DNA of 64,000 nt from Macrostomum lignano (taxonomy: Eukaryota): contig NIVC01000793.1 of NCBI GenBank assembly GCA_002269645.1, positions 379,152 through 443,151 on the forward strand, in the 5' to 3' direction. The notes under the pieces were generated by a model. The model was not told the DNA's origin, made no database searches, and worked only from the letters and a program-made list of their open reading frames with translations. Shown here in pieces: positions 1 to 35,315 of this stretch (position 1 is the stretch's first letter; the number at the start of each line of letters is the position of its first letter). Both the position numbers and the translations under genes were made by a program.

Positions 1-2230
1 AATGTATAAAAAGCTAAAAAATGATATCTTATATTATTGGACATAGAAAACTGATGAAAAAAAGTTATTAAAAAAATAACAGAATATAATTTTTCTATAA
101 AATTCAAGATAGATTCTGTTGAAAAACTTGCATAGTTATGCAAACTTTTTGCAAAAATCTTGTGCAATGAGAAAAATGAAAGTTAGCATAAATTATTTAA
201 AAATGCTTATATTTGACTTGTAACATAAAACAAGTTTTTGCATATAAGAAGCAATAGGCTACCCTAAAAAGGTCTTTTATTATTGCAATATAGAAAAAAC
301 TTCTGCATTTTAGAGTAAAGAACTTGCATGAAAAATTTCTGCATAGCCATAGGTTTCTATTTCAAAGTTACCATGCAAAGATTTTTATCCTAGCAAAAAT
401 ATTTGTTTTTGGGCGAAATTGTTGAAAAAATTTGATTATAGAATGTTGAAAAATTAAGATACAAAAAGTTTATGATTTTCTTATTACTTGCCAAATTTTT
501 GAAAGTAAGATGTCTTTTACCATAGTCTAGAAGTTGGCCTTTATGCCAGAAAATTCTAGCAAATTTTTGCTCTTGCTGACAATCTTGGCAGACACTTGGC
601 ATATAGAATTTTCAGGTTTAATATTATGTGCACATAGCCGACATAAAAAATAGAAAAGTTCAGACCTAATATAATTGTGTAGTTAAATATCAACTAACTA
701 AAGCTCTTCTAAAAATAATTGGTATAACTAAAATAAAGAATATAAATGCAATTTACAAGAAAAACAAAATTAAAACAAATAATATCAATTCTTAGCAAAC
801 AACAACTATTTTCAAGTTTATTAAAGCTTTTAATTTTTTGAAAATATAAATTATATTAAAAAATTTGTGTATAAACAACTTTAGGTTTGGTGTAAATTTT
901 AAATTTTACATTGGCATAAAATTGAAAACATGAATTTTCATTCTAGCATACGCCTGCCATGATCTAGACTATGGGTCTTTTACTTATACAAAAAATATTT
1001 ATCATATCAAATAAGAAAAATATATTAACAATAAATTTCAAAATCTTACAGAACTCCCTAATAGGCTAGGCCTATTGTCTAATACTTGTATTTAAGCCAT
1101 AGCTAAATTATTAGGGCCTATTGAATAATATTCTTTAAAAAATATAACAATTTATTTATAAAATTGTCATTAAATTTATATTATTATAGACCTATTATCT
1201 ATTTTATTTTATACAATATACAATATATAATATTTTATACAGTATTTATCATGCTATCTTAGTATCTATATAAAAACATAACTTAACTTTCTAAATTGAA
1301 TCTTAAAAAATTGAAATTAGACCTTTTAGCTTACCGCCTTAAATGCAACATTATATCTTATTTCCTATCATTTCTACTCATCTATTTCTTTTCTACATAT
1401 TGTTGTATAGTACAGCTTAGCCTATAGCCTAGTTTATAATATATATATAAACCAATAAAAATCAATATACCAATAGGTTTAATAGTTATAAAACATGTCC
1501 CATTTGTTTAATCTCTATTGGGCTTTGGCTATATTTATTTAGGCCTTAATCTATACAAATTAAAAATTTAAAAAGCTAAATATAAAATATGTTTTATACA
1601 ATTATATTTATAGGCCTATTTTTTCTTGTCTTTTTACAAAGGTAATGTATCATTAAACATTGTATCCTAAATAAAAAAATGCAAAATTATAGTTCCAGGA
1701 ACCATCATTATTATATTGTATTGTAGAGTCCACTAAAATATTTTTATAACATAATTCATAAATTTACAAAAAAGTCCAATGACAATGTATTCAATATCAA
1801 TATGATTAGTTAGGGCTTAATAATATATATATATATAATATACAGATTACAGAGCAACAAGGCTAGTGTACAAGACTGCACTTCATTCATTAAATGATAT
1901 CGTAATATCATGTCATATAATATTTGATAGATGTGTTTAAATTCAAGGTGAGTTCATGGTTCATGTTCATGCCATGCACTGCACTGAAGGTCGTCCCGAC
2001 ACGACTGAAACTGACCGTTTTAAACTCGTACGTTCCAGTTTTCTAATTGTACCTGAAAATCACGCCGTAACGGAATTATGTTAATGCACTCCATTAAACG
2101 ACGGTAAACATATTAAAATATATATTTACCAATTAGACAACAATTGTATCTGTATTTAAAGTAAATTGACAATACCTTAGTATCTTAGTACGACATAAGT
2201 ACGACAAAAACCGAAAGAACAAAGAATCTA
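1..2230. other. Extremely AT-rich, CpG-poor block (about 20-25% GC by eye) with no convincing ORF
   Basis: Composition visible in the sequence; abrupt switch to GC-rich DNA near 2240. Confidence 0.8.
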
Positions 2231-2276
2231 GTAGAATTCTATAAAAAATAAGAAGCGAGCAACAGGGAGCAACCCG

Positions 2277-3160
2277 ATGGCAGACCAACCGGGCCGGATG
2301 CAGGAGCAGCTGACGGAGCTTGTCGCCACTGTCGCCGCCATTTTGCCGCCCAATGCCCAGGCCGACACTCTACTTTTCAGCGCCCTAGATCCCCTTGCTA
2401 CCGCTGCTCGGGCAGAGGGCACCGCGCTGAGGCCTGTCCGACTCCGGCCTCGGGAAACTGCTGAGGACTGGTACTCGTGGGCCGTCACCAGACCTCCTCA
2501 GCAAGGCCCGACCTGCCTCTCTATCTTCCTCCCCGATAGCATCGCCGGCCAGCGATCGTGTCGGTGGCTGTTCGACACCGGAGCGCAGCGCAGGTGACGC
2601 TCGTGTCGGCTGCAAAGCTACGACGGGCCCTCGGCATCAACGCGCAGCTTCAGCCGCCACTCAGCGCTCCAATCGGCATCGACGGCCGACATCTACTAGA
2701 ATGCAGCTGTGAAGGACTCCCACCGATCATTCACCAGGTGACGAAGTTGCAGGCATTTCAGCCCGAGTGCGTTCTCCGCATGGATGCGATTGGCAAGATG
2801 GGGTCCGCCTATAGCGTGGACCTGCATGGGTGCTTCTTTTGTCCAGCTGGGGCCGGCGATACCGATTCTACAGAACGCTTCCCAGCAGGCTTCTCAAGTG
2901 GTTCCGACTGTGATCGCGATGGTGGCCCGCACTGTCGAGGTGCCAGCACGCAGCCGCATTATATATTATCGTTCTTGTGAGACTGGACTCTTTCTCTGAG
3001 CAAGGGCTTTTCGAGCCGAACTCTGACTTCACTGACAAGATGGGGCTGCTGTGCTGTCCAGCACTGAAGATGGCCTGTCCATGGGCGTCTGCAACCTGGG
3101 TGCCGGCCCATGCGTGATGCTGTACAAGAATCAGGCGATTGGCTAAATGCGCTGCAAGAA
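2277..3160 (+). mobile_element. Degenerate retropepsin (aspartic protease) pol fragment of an LTR retroelement (Ty3/Gypsy-like)
   Basis: WLFDTGAQ active site. A 5-nt duplication (gcgca gcgca, about 2583-2592) shifts the frame; removing it gives DTGAQVTLVS. Then ECVLRMDAI (ILGMD-like) and a spacer-like segment. No gag, RT or LTR seen. Confidence 0.7.
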
Positions 3161-3810
3161 AAAAGCATTGCGGGCAAACCTCGACGGGCAAATCTCGACG
3201 GGCAAATCTCCTGCTAGAAAATCTCGGCCAAGGACCACTAGAAGTTACCGTTCTGGAGCTTCTGAAGCTCAAATGTAGTGCAAGCTTCTTTAAAACAGTC
3301 GAATAGAATGAATTTAATTTTAATTTTACGCGTTAAAGAGTAGCGCTAAATACACGTAAACAAGTCGCCATTCAAATAATTTTGCAATATTTACGGGTGT
3401 TGCGTCCTGATACAACGGTAACTTCTAGTGCGGTGGTCTTTTGATCTCGGCAGGCAATTGTCACGGATCCATTTGACGAATCAATCCGATTGAAAACAAA
3501 AGCAAAAAAATTATTCTGAAAAAACGGATTTTTCCCAAAAAAATCTGATGGAATCGATTCCTCAGAGATTAAACGTTGAAAAAAGGCTCGTTAGCAATCT
3601 AATAGAAATCTATGAACAATAGCCCAAGGTTACTCTTTCCTAGTGAAGCTTCATGCAGTAGGGAATCCAGATCATCATATCGATATCATACAAAATATAT
3701 CAGCCTGTAAAGACTAGCTCGACAGGAAAAACCAATTCACTCACAATGCAAAACCCTCACAGAGATGGCAATCACGACTGCATGCTTGAATACGAAAGCT
3801 GATTAGCTCG

Positions 3811-3817
3811 TATAAAA
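3811..3817 (+). promoter_or_regulatory. TATA box upstream of the FReD gene
   Basis: TATAAAA 57 nt before ATG 3868. Confidence 0.5.
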
Positions 3818-3867
3818 GCTGCAATGCGACTGCAGTGTTCACAGCCACTGTATTGCAGCAGTCAAAT

Positions 3868-4972
3868 ATGCATCTACCAGCTTCGCTAGTCTACAATCTC
3901 CTTTTGCTGCTCAAACTGAGCTTTCCGCTCTGCTGCAGCAGCGCTGGGCTTCAAGAAGCCTCTATCACTGGCTGGAATCAAATTCGCGACAATCTCGACG
4001 AGTACTCACTGTTGAGCAACTCAACTCGTGTCGAGAGTCTGCTCGAGTGTCTGGCCTCGGCTGTCGACGCGGCAGCTGACGCGGCCACTTTCTCTGCTAA
4101 CGACGTCGAAAGAGTCTGTTGCGTATATTAGATGTCAGTGGGGTCCGTTCGGATGCAGGAAGTGTCGATTCGCCAGCGAGAACTTTGGACAACTCTTCTG
4201 GGTGAGTATCGATAGAGTAAACTGTCACAGAGCCCCGTGACTGCTTGCATCCCCGCTGGTCGATTTTTAGCTGTGCTTTTCAGCAATGCCTTCTCCCCCT
4301 CTGGGAACTGATCGACTAACTCAGGAATACCTGAGCCAAAGCTGTTGCTGTTTGCCGTTGCAGGTGAAGCCGCTGCTGCAACACAACAGGAGAGTCTGCT
4401 GGCGTACCTTCCAGCATCGCGTTGACGACTCCATGCTGTTCAACAAGTCCTGGACTGAATACAGCGAGGGATTCGGTCAGGGAGAGCAGAGCAACTTCTG
4501 GCTGGGTCTGGACGCGCTTCACCAGGCCTCAAAGGACGGACTTCGTCGAGTTCGCTGGGAGCTGAACCTGTGGACTGGGGCGCCATTCTGGGCCGAGAAT
4601 GAGCACTTTGTTGTTGCCGGGCAGGATGAGCTGTACCGACTGGACCTAGGCCCTCTGGATTCGAATCGCTCGACGTTGGGAATGTGCGGCCTTGGCCACA
4701 CTGGATCTCCTTACAACCAGCAGTTCACAACCTATGACAGCGACAATGACAAGCAGAATAAATCAAACTGCGCAATTGGCTACCAGTCCGGCTGGTGGTT
4801 CAACAGGTGCTTCTGTTTCAACCCGAACGGTCGCTATGTTGACTTTGAAGCCACAGAGCAGGGACAAACTGGCGGTCCTGCCATGGCCTACACATGGCCC
4901 GGTTCGGATTATCCGTTCGTTCTTTGGTACTCTCACTACCGCTTCGAGTGTCTGATTACCGAGTTCAACTGA
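3868..4972 (+). pseudogene. Secreted fibrinogen-related domain (FReD) gene, 2 exons (3868-4201, 4364-4972), with one frameshift near 4125
   Basis: Signal-peptide-like MHLPASLVYNLLLLLKLSFPLCCSSA. A phase-0 GT-AG intron (4202-4363) joins FGQLFW to VKPL...WRTFQHRVDDS...WTEYSEGFG...FWLGLDALH...FTTYDSDND...NCA...GWWFNRC. The N-terminus is in a different frame (TAG 4129-4131). Confidence 0.8.
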
Positions 4973-5420
4973 GAATACAGCTGATTCACTTTTACAAGAC
5001 GACACCAGAGCAAAGTGTCGTTCGAAATGCACTTATGGTGCCTTAACAGCCAAGATTCAGTGCGTTTAATACATGTAGATATAAATATACATCGAATGCC
5101 GAAGCGTAAAAAACGGAAGCGATGCTGGCTTATCTCGATTGTTTAAGCCATACGAAATACATGTATTTATAGTAAGCTGAGCAAGCAGTTATTTAAAAAA
5201 TCTAATGCTCATTTCAAGCTCCAGCACCCAGCGCGAATGAAATAGCCTGCCAGCTGGAGTCGCCGATGGCGCAACAGGTCCGCTTGGACGTTCTTGACTA
5301 AGCTCGTCGCTGATATTGAAGGCGGTGGCCGCGGGTACAGGGGCAGAGCAGCTCAGCGGTAAACGCGCCCGACTCTTGCGTCACGGCATTCATTTGGGGC
5401 AATTGTGCCGGGGGGGGGGG

Positions 5421-5705
5421 GTCACAAACCCGAAAAATTACAAACTCCGAAAAGAGCTTTCTATCATAAACCTGAAATATCATAACTCAGAAATTAATAA
5501 GAGGACCCCTCATAAACCCGAAATATCATAAACCCGAAATATCATAACTCCGAAAGTTCTAGCCATGTCCAAAACTATTTTGATTTCCGGAGTTGTGATA
5601 TTTCGGGTTTGTGATCTTTCGGGTTTGTGATATTTCGGGTTTGTGATATTTCGGGTTTGTGACGGGAAGTGCTTTCGAAGTTGTGATTTTTTTGGTTTAT
5701 GATGG
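5421..5705. mobile_element. Foldback/MITE-like palindromic element built from 16-nt motifs (tcacaaacccgaaata) in opposite orientations
   Basis: gtcacaaacccgaaa at 5421-5435 is the perfect reverse complement of 5649-5663; the left arm has forward motifs and the right arm has reversed motifs. Confidence 0.65.
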
Positions 5706-6256
5706 CGACCCATCTGATTATAACATATTATCGAGTATTTGTTGTCTGACAGACCGTCGGAGCTAAGGAAGGTTTCGAATATCCGTGCGATTTCATTTAC
5801 TCTTTTCAATTTCAAATTAATAGCTGAGTCAGCTGCAAACATTGATGGGGACCCTTTTGGAGCAAATATATCGCTGAGAATAGCTACCGGTATACGGTAA
5901 TTACTTATAATTGATATAAAAATCGAGTTCTCATTAAGTACATGCACTCTGAGGTTTCATCAAAGAGTATTGTGCCATCCTAATAGCTTCTTTTGGCATT
6001 ATGCAGCGCAGTCTACAGCAGATTGTGTCAGTTAAAACTCTTTGTCCCAGAGAAATTAATCTAATAGTAATACTCGTCCTTAATCCCATAAGTTCTATAA
6101 AACGCTCTTTGTCCTGGGCATCGTGCTACACTCCCTAACCCAGTCCCCCCTCTCTCTCAGCCCTCCTAATCTTTCCCCAAGCTCTGTCCCTCTCCCGCCC
6201 CAGAGTGTACAGTCAAGGGTGAACTGGATGTCTCAGAACCCAAGGCCACGCGCAGA

Positions 6257-6330
6257 CCAATGAGAGAGCTTACACGCTCGTTGCTATTTCAAGCCATTTA
6301 TATATAGCGATTTGTCATATTGCATTCAGT
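6257..6330 (+). promoter_or_regulatory. Candidate Dscam core promoter (CCAAT, TATA, Inr)
   Basis: CCAAT 6257-6261, TATATATAG 6299-6307, TCAGT initiator 6326-6330 with the A at 6328, 29 nt from the TATA start. Confidence 0.6.
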
Positions 6331-6506
6331 GTTAGCAGATTTAACTTCGCAGTTGGAGTCAGTCGGTCGGAGAACTGGAGAACCTGTATTAGCCATGCCA
6401 AAACTGTAATACATTGGAGAATGGACGCACGGGATCAGCAGATTGAAGTCGGACTCGAGCATCTTGGAGGCTGAACAAATTGCTGACTACTGCCAACAAG
6501 ACGACA

Positions 6507-28756
<22,250 letters not shown>

Positions 28757-28945
28757 TTCGAAAAGCACCTGTTTGAGATATTCTGTCTGCCAATGTCTGT
28801 TCGCTCTGATGCCTTGTAAAAATTTGCTAAAAATTCTTTAAATAGCGTTTGCAAGCAAGCTAGTTAATTGCTTTTTTTTATTTGATTTAATCATTTCTAA
28901 TCTGGTATCTGCTTGCAGTTTTAAGCCTTCTTACAATATTGTGCG

Positions 28946-28951
28946 AATAAA
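28946..28951 (+). terminator. Candidate Dscam polyadenylation signal
   Basis: AATAAA about 190 nt after the stop codon, followed by U-rich sequence. Confidence 0.5.
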
Positions 28952-29039
28952 TATAACCTTTATTGCTTGAGTTCGTTTCCATAAAAAGAATAGTTTAAGC
29001 CTTCGACTTTGTCTTTTGGTAAGATAAAATTAAAATGGA

Positions 29040-29846
29040 TTGCTAATCTAGCCAACATCATGGATGAAGGAATATAATAGATTGCTAATCTAGCCAATAA
29101 TCTAGCCAGAATGGATTGCTAGTCTAGTCTATCATTGATATAGTACAGAATGGATTGCTAATCTAGTCTATCATAGATAATAGTACAGAATGGATTGCTA
29201 ATCTAGTCTAGCATAGCTAAAAGTACAGAATGGATTGCTAATCTAGTCCAGCATAGATAATAGTACAGAATGGATTGCTAATCTAGTCCAGCATAGATAA
29301 TAGTACAGAATGGATTGCTAATCTAGTCTAGCATAGATAAAAGTACAGAATGGATTGCTAATCTAGCCAATATTACCGATGAAAGAATAGAATGGATTGC
29401 TAATCTAGTCCAGCATAGATAATAGTACAGAATGGATTGCTAATCTAGTCCAGCATAGATAATAGTACAGAATGGACTGCTAATCTAGCCAATATCACGG
29501 ATGAAAGAATAGAATGGATTGCATATCTAGTCTAGCACAGCTAAAAGTACAGAATGGATTGCTAATCTAGTCTATCATAGATAATAGTACAGAATGGATT
29601 GCTAGTCTAGTCTATCATAGATAAAAGTACAGAATGGATTGCTAGTCTAGTCTATCATAGATAAAAGTACAGAATGGATTGCTAATCTAGTCTAACATAG
29701 GTAAAAGTATAGAATGGATTGCTAATCTAGTCTATCATAGATAATGGTACAGAATGGATTGCTAGTCTAGTCTATCATAGATAAAAGTACAGAATGGATT
29801 GCTAATCTAGTCTAGCATAGATAAAAGTACAGAATGGACTGCTAAT
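29040..29846. repeat. 40-bp minisatellite
   Basis: agaatggattgctaatctagtctagcatagataaaagtac with two interleaved variant types. Confidence 0.95.
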
Positions 29847-29879
29847 CCACCCGTGTGATTCACAGTCATGAACGCCAAC

Positions 29880-30050
29880 CCCCAGGCACAGAGACTGTAC
29901 ATGCCTAACGATTAGAAAATCAGGGCCGATGTACACCCTGAGTGAGCGTGTGTATGAGTTCAGGAGTCAGCGGAATGCGCGCAGAATTGCCTCGCCCAGT
30001 GGTTGACGAGACCATATCGTCAAAAACGTCGCACCAGAGGGCCCACAACC
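29880..30050 (+). repeat. Dispersed repeat family, copy 2 (lacks the SINE)
   Basis: cccaggcacagagactgtacatgcc...gtatgagttcaggagtcagcggaatg aligns with 19002-19100 joined to 19397-19430. Confidence 0.75.
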
Positions 30051-30769
30051 TGACTGAGGTGAATTTATCTCAGCGCAGTGCCCGAGAATGAAGACAGGCA
30101 GCTCAAGCCCGCAGCCACGCACCGCTGGCAGGTGACGAGTTCATCCGAGTGGAAACTCGGAGTCGCTAAGCTGTCGGCAGCAACCCCCTCCTCGCCATAG
30201 TGACTGGGGCTCGAGCAGCCGCTGTCAAATCCCAGTCAGAAGCGCCCGCGAGTTCAGCTTTTGAGCAGCCCGAGTGGCGGATTTATCCAGCTGCCTGGGA
30301 GCCCGTCGGGCGTGATGGGGCTGGGGATAAAAGGATTAACGACTTTGGGGGATTTTGGAGGAGAGGATAAAACAGAATAGGCGGTTGATGGGCAGAGGTG
30401 ATTAGGCGAATGACAGAAAACTAAGGCTGGGGGGATTTCAAGCTAGAACAGGTGCAAACGAGGCCAACATGCAGTTTCTGTCAGCCAAACAGAGTCGCAC
30501 AAATGAATGCGAAATGATTCGGGCATTTTCGAGCATTATTTTTTGCAAGTTTTCCTACTCAAATTTCAACTGAAATCCCAAAAAATACGCAATACTCGAA
30601 TTCCCATCCCAGGAATTCCTCATCCTGGAAGTTTCCTTATCCTTGAAATTCTCTATTCTTAAAATACCACTCCATGAAATTCCTCATTAATAAATTATAA
30701 TTATACAAAAATTCCCTACCCATGAAATTCTCCAGCCTCTAGATTCCCCATTATTACCATCTCCCATTT

Positions 30770-31295
30770 TAAAAACTCCCGCCTTGAAATTCCCCATACT
30801 TCAAATGCCCCCCATCCCTGAAATTCACCATCCCTAAAATTCCCCATCCTTAAATTCCCGATCCCTGAAATACCCCATCCCCGAAATTCCCCATCCCTGA
30901 AATTCCCCATCCCTGAAATTCCCCATCCCTGAAATTCCCCATCCCTGAAATTCCCCATCCCTAAAATTCCCCATCCCTGAAATTCCCCATCCCTGAAATT
31001 CCCCATCCCTGAAATTCCCCATCCCTAAAATTCCCCATCCCTGAAATTCCCCATCCCTAAAATTCCCCATCCCTGAAATTCCCCATCCCTGAAATTCCCC
31101 ATCCCTGAAATTCCCCATCCCTAAAATTCCCCATCCCTGAAATACCCCATCCCCGAAATTCCCTATCCGTGAAATTCCCCATCCGTGAAATTCCCCATCC
31201 TTGAAATTCCACATCCCTAAAATTCCCCATCCCTGAAATTCCCCATCCCTGAATATCCCCATCCCTGAAATTCCCCATCCCTGACTTCCCCATTT
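30770..31295. repeat. 16-bp minisatellite (gaaattccccatccct)
   Basis: Direct reading. Confidence 0.95.
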
Positions 31296-31889
31296 TAACG
31301 ATTCCAAATTTCAAATTCCTTGAATTCGACCATCCTCCAAATTTGCAATCCGCTGTTGTCCTCCCCCCCCCCCCGAAATCCGCAATCCGGGAACTAAAAT
31401 TCTGCCGTGCTCAGATCCCAGAGCAGCTGAGCAGAGAGGAGCAATCAGCAGAGCAGGCCAGCCTCCATCCCGACTCAGCTGCATATATTTCCCCTTGGTA
31501 GTTGCTTGTGTTCCGAGCTCGAGTGCAAAGTTTGTCTCACTGCCGTCCTCACCGACAACAAGCGAGGCCCCTTGCGCCATCGATAATTCGAAGTCTGCAG
31601 CATGCCCGCCTCCGCAGCTGCCTCCCTCATCCCTCCACTGTCTCTATTGCATTCGGGGGGGGGGTAACCAATTCTCATTATAATGCGAATACTGTGTGTT
31701 GCCAGCGTGTCTGCCCCCGTGTGTCTGTGCGATCATTTATTCAATCCGCTACACTCCACAAGGCCATGGATTTCTGGATAAAAGAATCTGGAAGTTGAAC
31801 AAGGACAACGAGGAATACATTGCGCCTAGTATCAAGTTCATCAAGTTTGTCAAGTTCATCGAATTCGAATTTGAACTAAGTGGAACTTA

Positions 31890-32230
31890 GTAGAACTACC
31901 GGTAGAACTACAGTATAGCATTGGTAGAACTAAAGTAGGATTGGTAGAACTACAGTAGAATTACCAGTAGTAGCATTACCAGTAGAATTGCAGTACCATT
32001 ACCGGTAGAACTGCAGTAGCATTACCAGTAGAACTGCAGTAGCATTACCAGTAGAACTACAGTAGCATTACCAATAGAACTACAGTAGCATTACCAGTAG
32101 AACTACAGTAGCATTACCAGTAGAACTACAGTAGCATTACCAGTAGAAATACGGCAGCATTACCAGTAGAACTACAGTAGCATTACCAGTAGAACTACAG
32201 TAGCATTACCAGTAGAACTACAGTAGCATC
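31890..32230. repeat. 23-bp minisatellite (agtagcattaccagtagaactac)
   Basis: Direct reading. Confidence 0.93.
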
Positions 32231-33114
32231 TATACTTTTAGCACTCCAAAACCTAACTAAACATACAAAATCTGCATGGTTTGTAGTCGAGCAGAAGATC
32301 CTCGGAGAAGGAATAGGAGAGCTTAGAGAATCAGAGACTGCCAGGGCAGAGAAGATATGGAGAGATTAATTTTCGGACTGGGCAGGGACACTAACTTAAA
32401 GCATACACAAATATAAAAACCACAAAAACGCGCTCGTGATTTTCATAGAAAACAATTTTTTTTCGCATACAGAAAAGCGACGCGTGACATGCAGGCCTTC
32501 TGAACTGCCTGTGCGATTGCTATTAATGGGAACTATCAGTACTCGATCCCGCGTTTTGGCCCGATCAACAGGTGGCGCCCCCTCCCGTAGACTTTTGAGA
32601 CTGAGATTTCGCTTCTCTCCTGCCTGCTCCCAAGCCAGACTCTTTCTTAATCGCATTAGCGCAGATTAGCTTATAGAAGAAGAGGAAGAAAGGTCAACTG
32701 TTAAGGAGGAGCTCCATTTAGATAGAAATCATCTCCGATCGGAGCATTGGCTATATATTAGAGTAATTTCTATTATTCAATATAGAAAGGGTCGGGCAGC
32801 AGTCGGCTCAAAGCTTCAGAAATCCCCAACTTCCAGTTCTTTTGGGGATCTTTGCGATTCCTCGCCAACTATTCAAATGGAAATTTCACCTCCCCCAAGC
32901 CGATCAAGCCATTGAATTCCCTAGCGAGTTATAATATTGACAAAGTGGCCGGGGCTTCCAGGCTGGCAGTTTCCAAGTCGGCGGGAGAGCGGGGGGCCAA
33001 GGCCGGCTCTGTGATTGATCGGACCGGCTCGGGACTTTAGCTCAGAGATTTTCGACTTGGCCAGATTAGACTGTGGAGCAGATTGCACCACGGGAGAGCG
33101 GGCCTCGCCCGGGC

Positions 33115-33490
33115 AGCATGAGGGAGAGGGGCTGAGGGAGAGGGGCTGAGGGAGAGGGGCTGGGGGAGAGGGGCTGAGGGAGAGGGGCTGGGGGAGAGGG
33201 GCTGGGGGAGAGGGGCTGAGGGAGAGGGGCTGAGGGAGAGGGTCTGAGGGAGAAGGGATGAGGTAGAGGGGCTGAGGAAGTGGGGCTGAGGGAGAGGGGC
33301 TGAGGGAGAGGGGCTGGGGGAGAGGGGCTGGGGGAGAGGGGCTGGGGAGAGGGGCTGAGGGGGCTGGGGGAGAGGGGCTGAGGTAGATGGGCTGAGGGAG
33401 TGGGGCTGAGGGAGTGGGGCTGAGGGAGTGGGGCTAAAGGAGAGGGGCTGAAGGAGAGGGGCTAAGGGAGAGGGGCTAAAGGAGAGGGTT
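33115..33490. repeat. 14-bp purine-rich minisatellite (gggagaggggctga)
   Basis: Direct reading. Confidence 0.93.
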
Positions 33491-33506
33491 TCTAGCTGAC
33501 AATTCC

Positions 33507-33709
33507 TATAATCTGAGGGCCGAACAATCACTCTGTAATCTATAATCTGAGGGCCGAACAATCACTCTGTAATCTATAATCTGAGGGCCGAACAATCACT
33601 CTGTAATCGATAATCTGAGGGCCGAACAATCACTCTGTAATCGATAATCTGAGGGCCGAACAATCACTCTGTAATCGATAATCTGAGGGCCGAACAATCA
33701 CTCTGTAAA
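33507..33709. repeat. 34-bp tandem repeat x6
   Basis: ataatctgagggccgaacaatcactctgtaatc, period 34. Confidence 0.93.
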
Positions 33710-33984
33710 ATGGCCTCAGCCGCAACTTTGCTGTGCTTGGCGCGATCGGAAATCAAAGTTGACTTGGCAAACACGCACAAAGTCCATTCCTCTTTTCAGG
33801 GCAAACACGGCCCTTCTCGCCAAGCGGTGTAGCTACAGGTCGGAACAAAAGTTAACGTGAACTAAAGAGCGAATCCACAGAGTCCCAACTTGACATGTGT
33901 TTGCTCAATCAATCCACTTAGTGAGTGGATCGCAGATCCGTATGGGCTTTAACTAAGCTTTCTCTCTTTAACTAAGCCGGGAGG

Positions 33985-35315
33985 GGGTTGCAGAGGGGTT
34001 GGGGTCCACTCTGAGTGGAGGGAGAGGGTTGCAGAGGGGTTGGTGTCCACACTGAGTGGGGGAGAGGGTTGCAGAGCGGTTGGTGTCCACACTGAGTGAG
34101 AGAGGGGGTTGCAGAGGGGTTGGTGTCTACATTAAGTGACAGAGGAGGTTGCAGAAGGGTTGGTGTCTACACTAAGTGACAGAGGGGGTTGCAGAGGGGT
34201 TGGTGTCCACACTGAGTGGGGGGAGAGGGTTGCAGAGGGGTTGGTGTCCACACTGAGTGAGAGAGGGGGTTGCAGAGGGGTTGGTGTCTACATTAAGTGA
34301 CAGAGGGGGTTGCAGAGTGGTTGGTGTCCACACTGAGTGGGGGGAGAGGGTTGCAGAGGGGTTGGTGTCCACACTAAGTGACAGAGGGGGTTGCAGAGTG
34401 GTTGGTGTCCACACTGAGTGGGGGGAGAGGGTTGCAGAGGGGTTGGTGTCCACACTGGTGAGAGAGGAGGTTGCAGAGGGGTTGGTGTCCACACTGAGTG
34501 AGAGAGGGGGTTGCAGAGGGGTTGGGTCCACACTAAGTGACAGAGGGGGTTGCAGAGGGGTTGGGTCCACACTGAGTGACAGAGGAGGTTGCAGAGGGGT
34601 TGGGTCCACACTAAGTGACAGAGGGGGTTGCAGAGGGGTTGGGTCCACACTGAGTGACAGAGGAGGTTGCAGAGGGGTTGGGTCCACACTAAGTGACAGA
34701 GGGGGTTGCAGAGGGGTTGGGTCCACACTGAGTGACAGAGGAGGTTGCAGAGGGGTTGGGTCCACACTAAGTGACAGAGGGGTTGCAGAGGGGTTGGGTC
34801 CACACTGAGTGACAGAGGAGGTTGCAGAGGGGTTGGGTCCACACTAAGTGACAGAGGGGTTGCAGAGGGGTTGGGTCCACACTAAGTGACAGAGGGGGTT
34901 GCAGAGGGGTTGGGTCCACACTAAGTGACAGAGGGGGTTGCAGAGGGGTTGGGTCCACACTAAGTGACAGAGGGGGTTGCAGAGGGGTTGGGTCCACACT
35001 AAGTGACAGAGGGGGTTGCAGAGGGGTTGGGTCCACACTAAGTGACAGAGGGGGTTGCAGAGGGGTTGGGTCCACACTAAGTGACAGAGGGGGTTGCAGA
35101 GGGGTTGGGTCCACACTAAGTGACAGAGGGGGTTGCAGAGGGGTTGGGTCCACACTAAGTGACAGAGGGGGTTGCAGAGGGGTTGGGTCCACACTAAGTG
35201 ACAGAGGGGGTTGCAGAGGGGTTGGGTCCACACTAAGTGACAGAGGGGGTTGCAGAGGGGTTGGTGTCTACATTAAGTGACAGAGGGGGTTGCAGAGGGG
35301 TTGGGGTCCACACGG
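33985..35315. repeat. 39-40-bp minisatellite
   Basis: gggggttgcagaggggttgggtccacactaagtgacaga; degenerate at the left end and homogeneous at the right. Confidence 0.95.

Noticed and set aside
1984-2022. Second hammerhead-like motif (ctgaag gtcgt cccgac acgac tgaaac)
   Set aside because: It lacks A9 of CUGANGA and has no stem I complement; at best a dead relic.
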